Assembly (NCBI RefSeq): GCF_046119375.1
Contig: NW_027362768.1
Coordinates: 266,352,001 to 266,416,000, forward strand
DNA length: 64,000 nt
Direction of reading: 5' to 3'
Source of the DNA: Phyllobates terribilis
Lineage: Eukaryota
Part shown: positions 1 to 11,454 of the stretch, piece by piece
Numbering within the stretch: position 1 is the first letter of the stretch
How the letters are laid out: every line of letters begins with the position of its first letter
The notes under the pieces: model-generated
The model's input: only the letters and a program-made list of their open reading frames with translations
Database searches by the model: none
What the model was told of the DNA's origin: nothing
Program-made: the position numbers and the translations under genes

Positions 1-583
1 ATTGGTGGTTTCTTCAAGTATTCTGTCAATTTGCATCCTGTAACAATCCATTGGATTGAAGAAAACACAAGTTATTGCAGGATTAATGACAGATATCAAT
101 AAAGAAACCTGTTGAGTGTCACAAGTGCTAAAGTTTACTCTTGATGATTACAAGTTGGGAATGCTTTCCTTTTCCCTGTGCAGACCATAATTCTATACAT
201 TTGTGGGGGGAATATGCTAGATAATATAGTTTTGAGATTAGAGCAGCCTTGGCACCTATTCAATCTGTGTGTAAAGAAGAGAAAAGAAGCTGCAAGTACA
301 AGATGAGCTGGCAGTCCTGTGCAAACAGGGACAAGACAATCCAATTACTTCCATTTTAAGATTCAGGATAAGTCTGTAGTACAAACAAGTGAATTGGAAA
401 GAATTCATAAATGTACTACACGACTTGGAGTGGATCTTAGGGCAGTGTGAAGCTTTGATTTTTCACTGCATGTAAGCTTTAAAAGGAACCTGTCAGGTGA
501 TTCATGCTGCCGAAACCACGAGCTGCAAGAATCAGATCCTGGCTGTATGATTGCAGACAGGTATGTCTTCTGCTGAAACTACC

Positions 584-767
584 AATAGAAAAAAACTGAC
601 GAGCACCTCCTAACTAGTGTGAATAGGTGCCAGCTAAGAAAACAGTTATAAAAATATATATAGCTGCACTCTAGGTTGCTAGAATGGTAAATTTAGACAA
701 TTGGCACTCCATTACTGCCATGTCATTATCACACTAGTTAGGAGGTGCTGGTCAGTTTTTTTCTATT
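584..767. repeat. Inverted-repeat element (about 39-bp arms), probable small MITE
   Basis: aatagaaaaaaactgacgagcacctcctaactagtgtga vs reverse complement of tcacactagttaggaggtgctggtcagtttttttctatt. Confidence 0.7.
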
Positions 768-1489
768 CGTAGCAAACTCCTGTGACATGAGCACACCTAT
801 TCCCATCAGTCGTAGGTGGTTTTAATTAGCTAGTTCCTTCCTGCCACATAAATTGTAGGCTTTTTAGTCCAAGAGAGGTGTCTTTTTTTCAGGACAGGGA
901 CCCAACAATAAAGGTACACTTTGATGTTAACTGTTGGGCTCATATACATTGGCCAATTTATGTGCTAAGTACCTTCCTTCTACTGTATATTTTCCTAGAG
1001 CAAATTTTTTTACTCTTCCATTTCTCTAAAAATTACATGTATACATTATGTAGCACTTATCTATTGCTGCTGAAACTGGCATTTCAGAAATAAATATATT
1101 TCAAGGATCCAGCCGGGCACCAAATACACACCGCCATGGCATAATCCCAATTTTGGGTGAAGTATCAGAGTTAAAGGGCTTTTCTGATTGGGAGCAAAAA
1201 GGGATCTGGTGGATAGAACAATTAATTACAAACTCTGTCCTTTAAAGTTTTCCACAGCTCCAAGAGGAATTCAATTTATCGCTTCACACTTTTGCCCAAT
1301 ACCTACAAATCCGACGTGCTCTTTCAGCTCAATGGGGTCTGATGGATCCTGGTATACAACTTCATCCCCTAATAGATACCACTGCTTCTACAGATCATAC
1401 AAAGGGTTTATAAATGACCATTGTCATCTCGACTGGATAATCACCCTCTGGCACTCAAAGGGAACCTGTCACGTCCTAGTTGCTATGTA

Positions 1490-3610
1490 CCGTATTTTTC
1501 GGCCTATAAGACGCACTTTTTTCCTTCAAAATTTGAGGAAAATGGGGGGTGCGTCTTATAGTCCGAATGTTGGGGGGGGGGTGATATATATATATATATA
1601 TATATATATGCTGTGTGAAGGGAGCGGTAGCGGTGGAGGAGCGGGGCACAGGAGGCAGCAGCCGCCTGCTGCAGCCTACACTGTCCCCGCTGCTAAAGAA
1701 AATTAATATTCATGCTCCTTAATAGCGGCACACCGTGTATCCGCAGCGCGACTCCTGCTGCTACCGGAATCGCCTGTGTCCGCTGTTAAAGTGCATGAAT
1801 ATTCAAACTCTCTCCAAGCCCATGGGCGTTGGGAGGGGTGAATATTCATGCCCTTTAATAGTGGACACACAAGATAGCCCAGCAGCAGCAGGAGCTGCAC
1901 TGTGGCTACGCTGTGTGCCGACTATTAAGGAGCATGAAGTCACTGCTCCCCGCGCACACAGTCCCGGCGTGGGGAGTAGTGACTTCCGGCAGCTGATCTC
2001 TCCTTGTGAGCTGATTATGGTAGTGACGTCATGCGCAACTCACATGGAAAGATCAGTGCGGGCAGGCAGGACGCAGCGCTGGAGTAGAGAAGAAAAGGTT
2101 GAGTAGGAGTGTTTATTTTTTTTATGTGCAGCATGATGGGCATGAGGCGTGCCACGCATACCAGGACAGGCATGAGGCGTGCCACGCATACCAGGACAGG
2201 CATGAGGCGTGCCACGCATACCAGGACAGGCATGAGGGCTGCCACGCATACCAGGACAGGCATGAGGGCTGCCACGCATACCAGGACAGGCATGAGGGCT
2301 GCCACGCATACCAGGACAGGCATGAGGGCTGCCACGCATACCAGGACAGGCATGAGGGCTGCCACGCATACCAGGACAGGCATGAGGGCTGCCACGCATA
2401 CCAGGACAGGCATGAGGGCTGCCACGCATACCAGGACAGGGATGAGGGGTGCCACGCATACCAGGACAGGGATGAGGGGTGCCACGCATACCAGGACAGG
2501 GATGAGGGGTGCCACGCATACCAGGACAGGGATGAGGGGTGCCACGCATACCAGGACAGGGATGAGGGGTGCCACGCATACCAGGACAGGGATGAGGGGT
2601 GCCACACATACCAGGACAGGGATGAGGGGTGCCACGCATACCAGGACAGGGATGAGGGGTGCCACGCATACCAGGACAGGGATGAGGGGTGCCACGCATA
2701 CCAGGACAGGGATGAGGGGTGCCACGCATACCAGGACAGGGATGAGGGGTGCCACGCATACCAGGACAGGGATGAGGGGTGCCACGCATACCAGGACAGG
2801 GATGAGGGGTGCCACGCATACCAGGACAGGGATGAGGGGTGCCACGCATACCAGGACAGGGATGAGGGGTGCCACGCATACCAGGACAGGGATGAGGGGT
2901 GCCACGCATACCAGGACAGGGATGAGGGGTGCCACGCATACCAGGACAGGGATGAGGGGTGCCACGCATACCAGGACAGGGATGAGGGGTGCCACGCATA
3001 CCAGGACAGGGATGAGGGGTGCCACGCATACCAGGACAGGGATGAGGGGTGCCACACATACCAGGACAGGGATGAGGGGTGCCACACATACCAGGACAGG
3101 GATGAGGGGTGCCACACATACCAGGACAGGGATGAGGGGTGCCACACATACCAGGACAGGGATGAGGGGTGCTATACATACCAGGACAGGGATGAGGGGT
3201 GCTATACATACCAGGACAGGGATGAGGGGTGCCATGCATACCAGGACAGGGATGATGGGTGCCATGCATACCAGGACAGGGATGAGGGGTGCCACGCATA
3301 CCAGGACAGGGATGAGGAGTGCCATGCATACCAGGACAAGGATGAGGAGTGCCATGCATACCAGGATGGAGGGCTACCAGGATGGGGATGGGGGCCACGT
3401 ATAAAAGGAAGGGGGGGGCATATATACCAGGAAGGGGGATATTGTCAGAATTGGGGGACATTACCCCTATACCAGTGTCAGCAGAAGACCCCCTTCCCCT
3501 TAAAAGTGCATCGTGAACACATTTTTTGCTTAAATTTTTTTCTACTTTCCTCCTCTAAAACCTAGATCCGTCTTATGGTCCAGTGCGTCTTATAGTCCGA
3601 AAAAATACAG
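1490..3610. mobile_element. TA-flanked Tc1/mariner-superfamily MITE inserted in the T2 MITE
   Basis: TIR ccgtatttttcggcctataagacgcac / gtgcgtcttatagtccgaaaaaatacag; TA at 1488-1489 and 3611-3612. Confidence 0.82.
2141..3366. repeat. 30-bp minisatellite, about 41 units
   Basis: Unit (c/g)atgaggggtgccacgcataccaggacagg; source of the 341-488 aa repetitive ORFs. Confidence 0.98.
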
Positions 3611-6198
3611 TACTCTGCCCCCATTGCTTTGCTAGTGATGCAATGTGCATCACTAACAAGCTTTTTTCATTAAAATCGGTGGTAGTATAATGATTTTATA
3701 ACTTTACATGTTCTAAAAAAAAAAAAAAAAAATCAACTCCAATCTAGACACAACCTTGCCGGGAGCAGTATTCAAACACATGGGCGGCGCCAGCAGTGAG
3801 TGAATGAGAGAATCACACCCCTATGACTGAATACAGCAGGTAGGACAAAGTATATATAAAGTTATAAAATCATTATACTATCACCGATTTTAATGAAAAA
3901 AGCTCGTTAGTGATGCACATTGCATCACTAACAAAGCAATGGGAGCAGTGTACATAGCAACTAGGACATGACAGGTTCCCTTTAAAGCTAAATGAGAGGG
4001 GGATGTAGGCCCTATATCGATGGAGCAATGGAGAGAGAACTGTTCCCAAATTTTCTCCCTGTGAGGCCCAAAGGCTCTCAACTACATTTAATTCACAGAG
4101 TATACAAAACTCCAAGCTTTTTACACAAGATAGGATATCGCCATGACGCAAAATGCCCTAGGTGTGGGATTGATGAGGCACATTTGATGCATATGATGTG
4201 GGAGTGTAGACAGATAGGCCCATTTTGGAATGAGGTCATATCCTGGATAGAAAGGGTGAATGGAGAGAAATTGTTAACAGATCCCCATGTAAGTATATTG
4301 GAAATATTTGAGGATGGAGTGGATCATGATTTGCCCCTATTCATAGGCATCTCTCGTATCTTATTTCAAGCACATAAACTTCTTGTATTTCGCTGGTTAG
4401 ACACACAACCTCCATCTATGGGAGAGCTACAACGAAGCATAAATAATATAATCTGGTTGGAAAGAGGAGTCTATCATAAATGTAACTCTATTCGCAAATT
4501 CGAAAAGATATGGAGTCCTTGGTTGGATCCTCCAGGGCTGCACACAAATCTTCTAATTAGAGATAGAATATTAACGATCCCTTTGTTAGTCAGTTTTTTA
4601 TCTTCCTCCCCTTCAACAAATGTAATACTCTGTTATTCTAGAACTGCTCTGAAAATGGTTCTCTCTAGAGTGTTGGGATTTGGGAATTGAAGTTGAGATA
4701 CTTTGTTCATGTTTTATACTATGCAATTACTATGTCATTTATTTTATTTGAAAGATGGAAAATTTGGAGTTTTCAATAAAAATTATTTGATTAAAAAAAA
4801 AGATCCAACCGGGAACAATAGCTGGAGACGAGACTAGTCCGGCTCTTCCCAGCGCCGCTGCAGGTGATTGACAAGTCGCTTTCTCGCGTATGCATAGTGA
4901 GAGACCTATCAATTGCCTCTCAGTGCTGGGAAAATCTGGCTGGGGGTGGCACCTGACGGATCTTCAAAGTCTATTTTCCAATAGTTTCGTTGATACAAGC
5001 AGGCATAAGGTCATAATGGCTTTAAAGGGGCACTCTGATGTCTGGCTAAAATCAGAAACTAGTGTAAGAGAGTAAAATAAGCAACAGGGTCATGCCCTCA
5101 TTGGTTTACATTAGGTTGCTAACTAGCAGTGCTTGTATATCCTGAGTATACGCTTATTCTGCGACTGTGCCACATTTTATATTAGCCTTCAAGACATATC
5201 CAAGAGCAAACAAGGGTAATGGGGCAACTATCATTAAAGAACTCCTCAAAACGTATATAATGTGTACGTGTACATGGAAAACATTGTTAACTTGCAAATC
5301 ACTTTTAATATAAGAAATACTAGAAATGGCTGAAAAAACTGTACAATCCATCAACTAATTTGTGGACTCATTACTGTTATGTTAGCTTTAAATATTACCT
5401 CTCCTGTACTGATGACAACTTTAATCCAATATTTACCACCCACCAGCTAATTAATTTACAAAATTGGATCTGACTTGGCCCTTTTACATATATCACCACT
5501 TTTTCTGCATGCACGCACTTGGTGACATTAAACAAATGTATTAGGAAAGTGTCTAAAAACAGTTGCAACAGCTACACGTTCATTTCAGAATTGCTTTGGT
5601 TAGCAAGCAATGTTCAGATAATAGAGAAGAAAAGCTGGAAAGAATTTAAAACTCCACCGCTGCCCTTCGAGCCATAAAAGCCAAGGAAAGTAGTCTGCTA
5701 ATAAACATGCTGGTACAGCCTGGGACTATTGATGGCTTTGCGGAGCTGTCCATGTGAATTAAAGCAATCATGCACTATGTCTGGCACATGAGGCCATTCT
5801 GCGCTGCCTGTGGCAGGAGGGACAGTCACAGTGCTTCATTCAGGATTATATATTACTAAGAAGGGAATCAGATAGACACCAAGGGAATGGACGCAGACAC
5901 CAGCACAAACAACAGAGTAACCACTCTGTCCTGTAGACAACCAAGCAGCATGACAAAAAAAAATACCGTAAGGCATGAATGTAGGTCTACAGTGGACAAA
6001 TATGGTAATAGCAGTAAGTGATGTGCCATGTCATTAAGAAACAGTCCTTAAAGGGGGTATGGTGAAGTTGTCTATGGAGCAGCTCTCCTCACTTCCTGGT
6101 TGCTTGGGGGCGGGCATCTCTCCTTGAGTGACAGTTCTGGTGAATAGCTTTGTCATGCTGCAATAAATTAACTAATGGTCTGTCAGTGTTTGTTCCAA

Positions 6199-7093
6199 GG
6201 CTATGTGCCCACGATGCAGAAATGCTGCATATTTTTTCCGCTTCTCCCTGGCAGGAAAAGAGCATGCGGATTTTACATGCGTTTTTCCCGCCAGGTAGAA
6301 GCGTTTGTCAAGCGTTTTTGCATGCATTTCTGCATGCGGGTTATCAACCACTTTTCTAAGCGATTTTAGCATCACTTGGAATAGTGCTTGACAACTTGGT
6401 CACACTATATAAATCCATGCAACCGGCATGGATTTATATAGTGTGACCAAGTAATAGTTAAAAAAAAAAAAAGAATAAAAATGGTAAAAAATAAAAGATT
6501 ATACTTACCTTCCGATGGCCCCCGGTATTTTCTCTGCTCCATCTGGTCTGTTGTACGACTCGCGGTGGTGTGAAAGGACCTGCGATGACGTCATTGAGTC
6601 ATGTGACAGGTCACGCGACTGCCGACGTCAGAGGTCGCGTGACCTGTCACATGACTAAATTACGTCATGGCAGGTCCTCACACCACCGTGACCCATACAA
6701 CAGACCGGGCGCCATCAGAAGGTAAGTATAATCTTTATTTTAATTTTTTTTTTTTAACAGGTTCTATGGTACCTGGGTCTGGAGGAGAGTCTCCTCTTTT
6801 CCAAATCCGGGTACCATCCGCACATAGAATCGCATAATATCCGTGTGTGCAAATGTGCTGACATGGATAATATGCGTTTCAATGCAAGTCAATGGCGGCA
6901 ATTATGCTGCGTGTCCGCAAAATTAATAGACATGCTGCGTATTTTTCTGCAATGATAATCCGCAGCGGAAATTTCGGCAGCATGTGCACAGAACATGCGG
7001 ATTATCATTGGAGACCATGGGGCACATATTACCAAGCGTTTTTTAAGTGTTTTCGCTGCGGAAATTCCGCGGCAAAAACGCTTGAACGCAGCC
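6199..7093. mobile_element. PIF/Harbinger-like palindromic MITE, copy 1
   Basis: Left end ggctatgtgcccacgatgc, right end ...gcagcc|taa; central hairpin of about 115 bp; homologous to 25947-26805. Confidence 0.8.
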
Positions 7094-7532
7094 TAAGTCT
7101 AAACTATTATCACAATATTTACATATAGAAATAAATCAGGCCCTTGACCAAGCACACAGCTCTGGAAAGCAACAGCCGTGATTAGGAGACCTCATCCGGA
7201 AACTGCCAATACAGGTGGGGAGGAGGGGGGATTGTGACTGTCAGGAGCAGGGAGAGTAAGGGAGGGAGGTGAGCAGCCAACTGCTGTACAGAGATCATTG
7301 TGATGGAAATGGTTGACTGGGATGTTAGGAGACAACTCCCCTCCTGGAATGTAACTACTGTACATACTATGGGTGGTGAACTCCATGAAAACAAGCTGTA
7401 CATTATGATTACATGAAGATAAAACGTCTCACAGGAGAATGACAGCAGATAGAAAAAGTCAGTCCATTACAATGTATATATTACAAGAACATGAGAATAC
7501 CCCTTTAATCTGCAGTCCAAAACAAGACTCAC

Positions 7533-7701
7533 CACTGACGAGGGACTCCTCCGGATAAACAAATTGGGCAGGTCGGATAAAATGATGTTTCTTTAGCAAA
7601 CTGATTGGTTTAAAACCAATCAACACAAGGCTAGGATCATCAAACCTCTTCAGCTGTTCAGTCTCTTCCTTCTCGAGTACAATCTGCCGGTTTCCATAAA
7701 T
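7533..7701 (-). CDS. XRCC6: XRCC6 exon 8 (last exon found in window)
   Basis: [32 protein letters not shown]...[10 protein letters not shown](G); 169 nt, donor G|GTGAG. Confidence 0.97.
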
Positions 7702-7768
7702 CTGACCAAAGAAAAAATTTGTGAGTTTATCTGATGGGTAATAATTAGATATGGGCAAAATGGTTTTC

Positions 7769-8021
7769 AGGACCCTGGTCTAGCAACCAGGTCAGTATTT
7801 CATGGCTAATGAATGGGAGTCCTGCAAGCTGCTTCCTACCTGACGGCCTCCCCGGCTCCTCTTTTGATTAGCTGGCCTGGTTCGACGACATCATTGCGGC
7901 GTGATGCACTCACACAACATCGCACCGTGCCAACTAATCAAAAGTTGAGCTAAGTATGTCACCCCAGAAGAGACCCATCAAGCAGTCACAAAACACTGAC
8001 CTGACCACTAGACCAGGGTCC
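7769..8021. mobile_element. Palindromic MITE filling most of XRCC6 intron 7
   Basis: ggaccctggtctagcaaccaggtcagtatttt pairs with aaaacactgacctgaccactagaccagggtcc; core resembles 62960-63150. Confidence 0.6.
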
Positions 8022-8103
8022 TGCACATTTATTTCCTCTTTGATAGTACTAATCAAGCATCGTGGATTAGCTCCTGAACTGAGTTCACCACCCCGCTAAA
8101 TAC

Positions 8104-8290
8104 CTGAGCTTTCTTTGTATCACTGGGAAGCAGGAGACTACCTGTCTCCCTGTTGAATGTTCTTGTCTTTGTTTTTACAGGCTCATTGCTGTCACTGTAC
8201 AGCCTTACAGGAGCTGGTTTCATGGCTTTTTGGACCAAGTTATAAACTCCCACAGTAAGATAGAGGTCATCATTCAACTTTAAAGGGATT
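8104..8290 (-). CDS. XRCC6: XRCC6 exon 7 (Ku core)
   Basis: [25 protein letters not shown]...[26 protein letters not shown]; 187 nt. Confidence 0.97.
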
Positions 8291-8997
8291 CTGCATGAAG
8301 AAGAAAAAAATGATAGGAAGAAAATTAAAATCTGAGTAAACACATCTTAAAATATAACTATGTACAACTTTCAATGGGTCCTGGTCTGTCAATATAGTAT
8401 ATGGGCTCAGACTTCTTCAGGATAATTCCCTATGACAGGGATGAAGGATCCCCCCACCAGCATTAACATCGATCAAGGCAAGCGAGAATGGAAAGAAATT
8501 GACTGTCCTGTACAGTCAGAATGGCTAGCTGGGTTCTTTTGTGTTGTCGCAGTGATCCACGTCAACTTGAAGTTGTCAGTGCAGGGAATTGGGTAATAAA
8601 TGATACGCGAGAGTCTTTCTCGCCCATTTGTCATATTAAAAAAACACTACAAGAAATAAAAGCTCTGTTATGGGTGAAAAAAGGTTGGTGCGTCTAACCA
8701 AAAGTGTATGGCATTATGGGGCTGTGAACGGGTATTGAATCAATTTTAGGCTCTTTATATAGAGATGAGTGAACCTGAACTTAATAGTTTGGGGTTCGTA
8801 GCGGACAGTGTCAGGCTAAATACTGAACAGAGAGAGCGCACAAGAGCGAGATGCATTTGTCAGTTGCACCACTTTGAACTACCAATAACTAATCACCTAA
8901 TTTTTATTAATTCTTAATGTGGAGAAATAACAAAAAAAGAAAATAATTAAAAATAATAATAGTGAAAAAAAAATTACGTTTTTTTGACATTTTACAC

Positions 8998-9260
8998 CAG
9001 GGGTGGGGAACCTTTTTTCTGCCAAGGCCATTTGGATATTTATACCATCCTTCAGGGGCCGCTCTAATCGATTGCTAACTCCGTCCAGACGCTGGCACTG
9101 GTGTCAGGACGTAATCCTTCATTGCATGCGCCTCAGCGCTCAGTAGTGAACATGCTCACAGAGCAAGAAACTAATGGGCAGGCAAAATACAGCATCTGGC
9201 CCAAGCACTGAGGACCCCGGTAACCTGCCCGGGGGGGGGGCGGATAAAATGTCATCGAGG
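8998..9260. mobile_element. hAT/Charlie-like MITE fragment
   Basis: Begins CAGGGGTGGGGAACC, a hAT-type terminus; other end not clear. Confidence 0.5.
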
Positions 9261-10171
9261 GCCATAAACGACCCGTTTTACACTGTTCATGGGCTGCATG
9301 AATAAAGCCTTACCAGTATTGTGAGTCTGCACAATATGAATTTCATATGTATTTGCTTAATTTTTATTACATTTATTGAATAAACACACTGAACAAAAAC
9401 TAGCAAATCTGGCATGCCTTTTGGATTTATTTTTTTTACAGAATTCACTGTGGGGGCTAAATATTTATGTGGCTTTATTGCATGTGTTGATATAATCATA
9501 GCTTTACTCAATGTATATTTTTTTATATCTTACGACTTGTACAAGAAAATCACTTTTTAAAGAGAATCATTGTTTTGGGATATTATATTGTGAAAGCCAC
9601 AACTTTTCTTATTTTCTTTGTTCACAAAGCAGTGTGAGGGCTTGTTCTTTGGGCAATGCGCTCTGGTTTTTATTGCTAGCATTTTGGGAAACACGTGAAT
9701 TTTTGACCACTTTTTGTTTTTGCGGCCTTCACAATGTGGGGATACATGATGATCTAGTTTTAAAGCACGTGTAGCTACGGACGATACCAAATGTGTGAAA
9801 TATGTATAATTTTTTGGGACATCTATTTTCTATATTATATTCACTTTATTTATACAATTTTTTTTTTTAAACAAACAATGTTTACATTTTTTTTATATCC
9901 ATTAGCATAAAGGGACATAATTGATACACTGCACTAATGCACAGGAAGATATAATAGGCTTCAGTCTGTCTGCTTTCTCTATCAAACTCCTGAAATGCTG
10001 TGGTCGCTAATGACAGCAGTATGTGTGGGAGTGATCTGCTAGTATGGAGCACAGGTACATATGGGCCTGCACCATCCTCATCGTATATGTATAAATCCTG
10101 ACGCGGGAACTTACTCCCAATCAGGATGTATGTAGAGAAGGGGTTACGCATGTTATCTGTTGGTCCCTTAC

Positions 10172-10355
10172 CTGCACAAAGATCTCTTCTTATTTTCCTT
10201 GGCCCGCACTTTTCTCATGAGGTCATCCAGCTTTCTGGAAGCTTTAAATTGCACACCGAGGTCTTCATCATCATCAATATTCACAATATCACGGTAGAAT
10301 AAAGAGATATCAAAACCATCGTCTTTTTCAAGATGCATGAGATCCAAGAAAATCC
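10172..10355 (-). CDS. XRCC6: XRCC6 exon 6
   Basis: [25 protein letters not shown]...[14 protein letters not shown](R); 184 nt. Confidence 0.97.
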
Positions 10356-11245
10356 CTGAAAATACCCGACAATGCCTGTGAAGTTCAGCCCAAAAATTTG
10401 TAATCTCTATGGGTTTTAACTTCATAAAAAGAAACTTAATACACCGGTTTATCCCTGATCCATTTGGTCACAACTAACAGGGGTTGTTCAGTACTTTTAC
10501 AGTGATGGCTTGTCAGAAAGGCCATCAATGAGATTAGTGGCAGTGCGACCACTGGCACCCTCGCCAATCAGCTGTTCCTGCGCCGGCCAGATGTGATTAG
10601 TTGCGGTGTGGAACAGCACAGATCTGTCAACTGTATAGTGGCCGCGGCATAGCGGTGCCTCTGCAGTACCCCTGCATTACGATAGGCCATCAATATATAA
10701 GTACTAGACAACCACTTTAAATGCAATGTAGAAAAGCATATACCGTATATATTTGAACATGTATTATTTCATAAAGAAAATCTGATTCTGTGGCAAAAAA
10801 TATATTTCTTCTAAATGGAGGAGGATGTACAAAAGTGTACAGTTCAGCAAGTAGAAGGGCTGAACTATTGCACAAGAGCACACAGAGCATGTACAGGTTC
10901 AATAGAAGTCTATGAGTCTGCACTCTGGAGCTCCGCACTCCTGCTTGCCGAAGTGAGAACTGCTGAACAGTCTATAGCAGTGATCCCCAAATTGTGGGTC
11001 GTGGCTGTCTGATTCCCCGGTGTCTTAGTTCAGTATAAAGCAGACATCCAGGAGAAGGATGAAGTGCAGGAGGAGGAGGACAAGACATGAAGCTGTTAAG
11101 GCTGCCTCCTCCTCCTTGCAGGTGAAGTGTGTGGCTGGCTTCGCCTCCTGATGTGTCTGCGTGCGCTCAGCATTGCAGCAGTGAGGAGCAGGCACATCAG
11201 TGAGTGGAGAGCACAGATTACACAGCAGCCTCCACTGCTTATCTA

Positions 11246-11454
11246 AGTGCCGGTAGCAGCCTGTGCAGACACTGAGTGCCGGTAGCAGCCTGTGCAGACA
11301 CTGAGTGCCGGTAGCAGCCTGTGCAGACACTGAGTGCCGGTAGCAGCCTGTGCAGACACTGAGTGTCGGTAGCAGCCTGTGCAGACACTGAGTGCCGGTA
11401 GCAGCCTGTGCAGACACTGAGTGCCGGTAGCAGCCTGTGCAGACACTGAGTGCT
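11246..11454. repeat. 29-bp minisatellite, about 7 units
   Basis: agtgccggtagcagcctgtgcagacactg repeated with one variant unit. Confidence 0.95.

Larger units (their letters stand above)
1459..3981. mobile_element. T2/Kolobok-like MITE inserted in the L1
   Basis: TIR agggaacctgtca...tgacaggttccct, about 130-bp inverted arms once the inner insert is removed; TSD TCAA/TTAA. Confidence 0.8.
1121..4801 (+). mobile_element. 5'-truncated L1 LINE (ORF2 C-terminal remnant) split by nested insertions
   Basis: QLQEEFNL...YLQIRRAL near 1260 and Cys-rich CPRC...HMMWEC in ORF 3992-4690; AATAAA and poly(A) end at 4801; 15-bp TSD gatccagccgggcac (1106-1120) / gatccaaccgggaac (4802-4816). Confidence 0.85.

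Noticed and set aside
2015-3565. Five long ORFs (341-488 aa) on both strands
   Set aside because: All are translations of the 30-bp minisatellite; no splice context or domain content.
3992-4690. 232-aa ORF as a host gene
   Set aside because: It is the frameshifted C-terminus of L1 ORF2, followed by poly(A) and a TSD.
6501-6510. U1 snRNA gene or pseudogene
   Set aside because: Only the first 10 nt match U1; the rest is MITE hairpin arm.
1-7532. XRCC6 exons 9-13
   Set aside because: Searched by eye for SSTLF/ALVPQEE/TPPG-type sequence and found none; probably left of the window.
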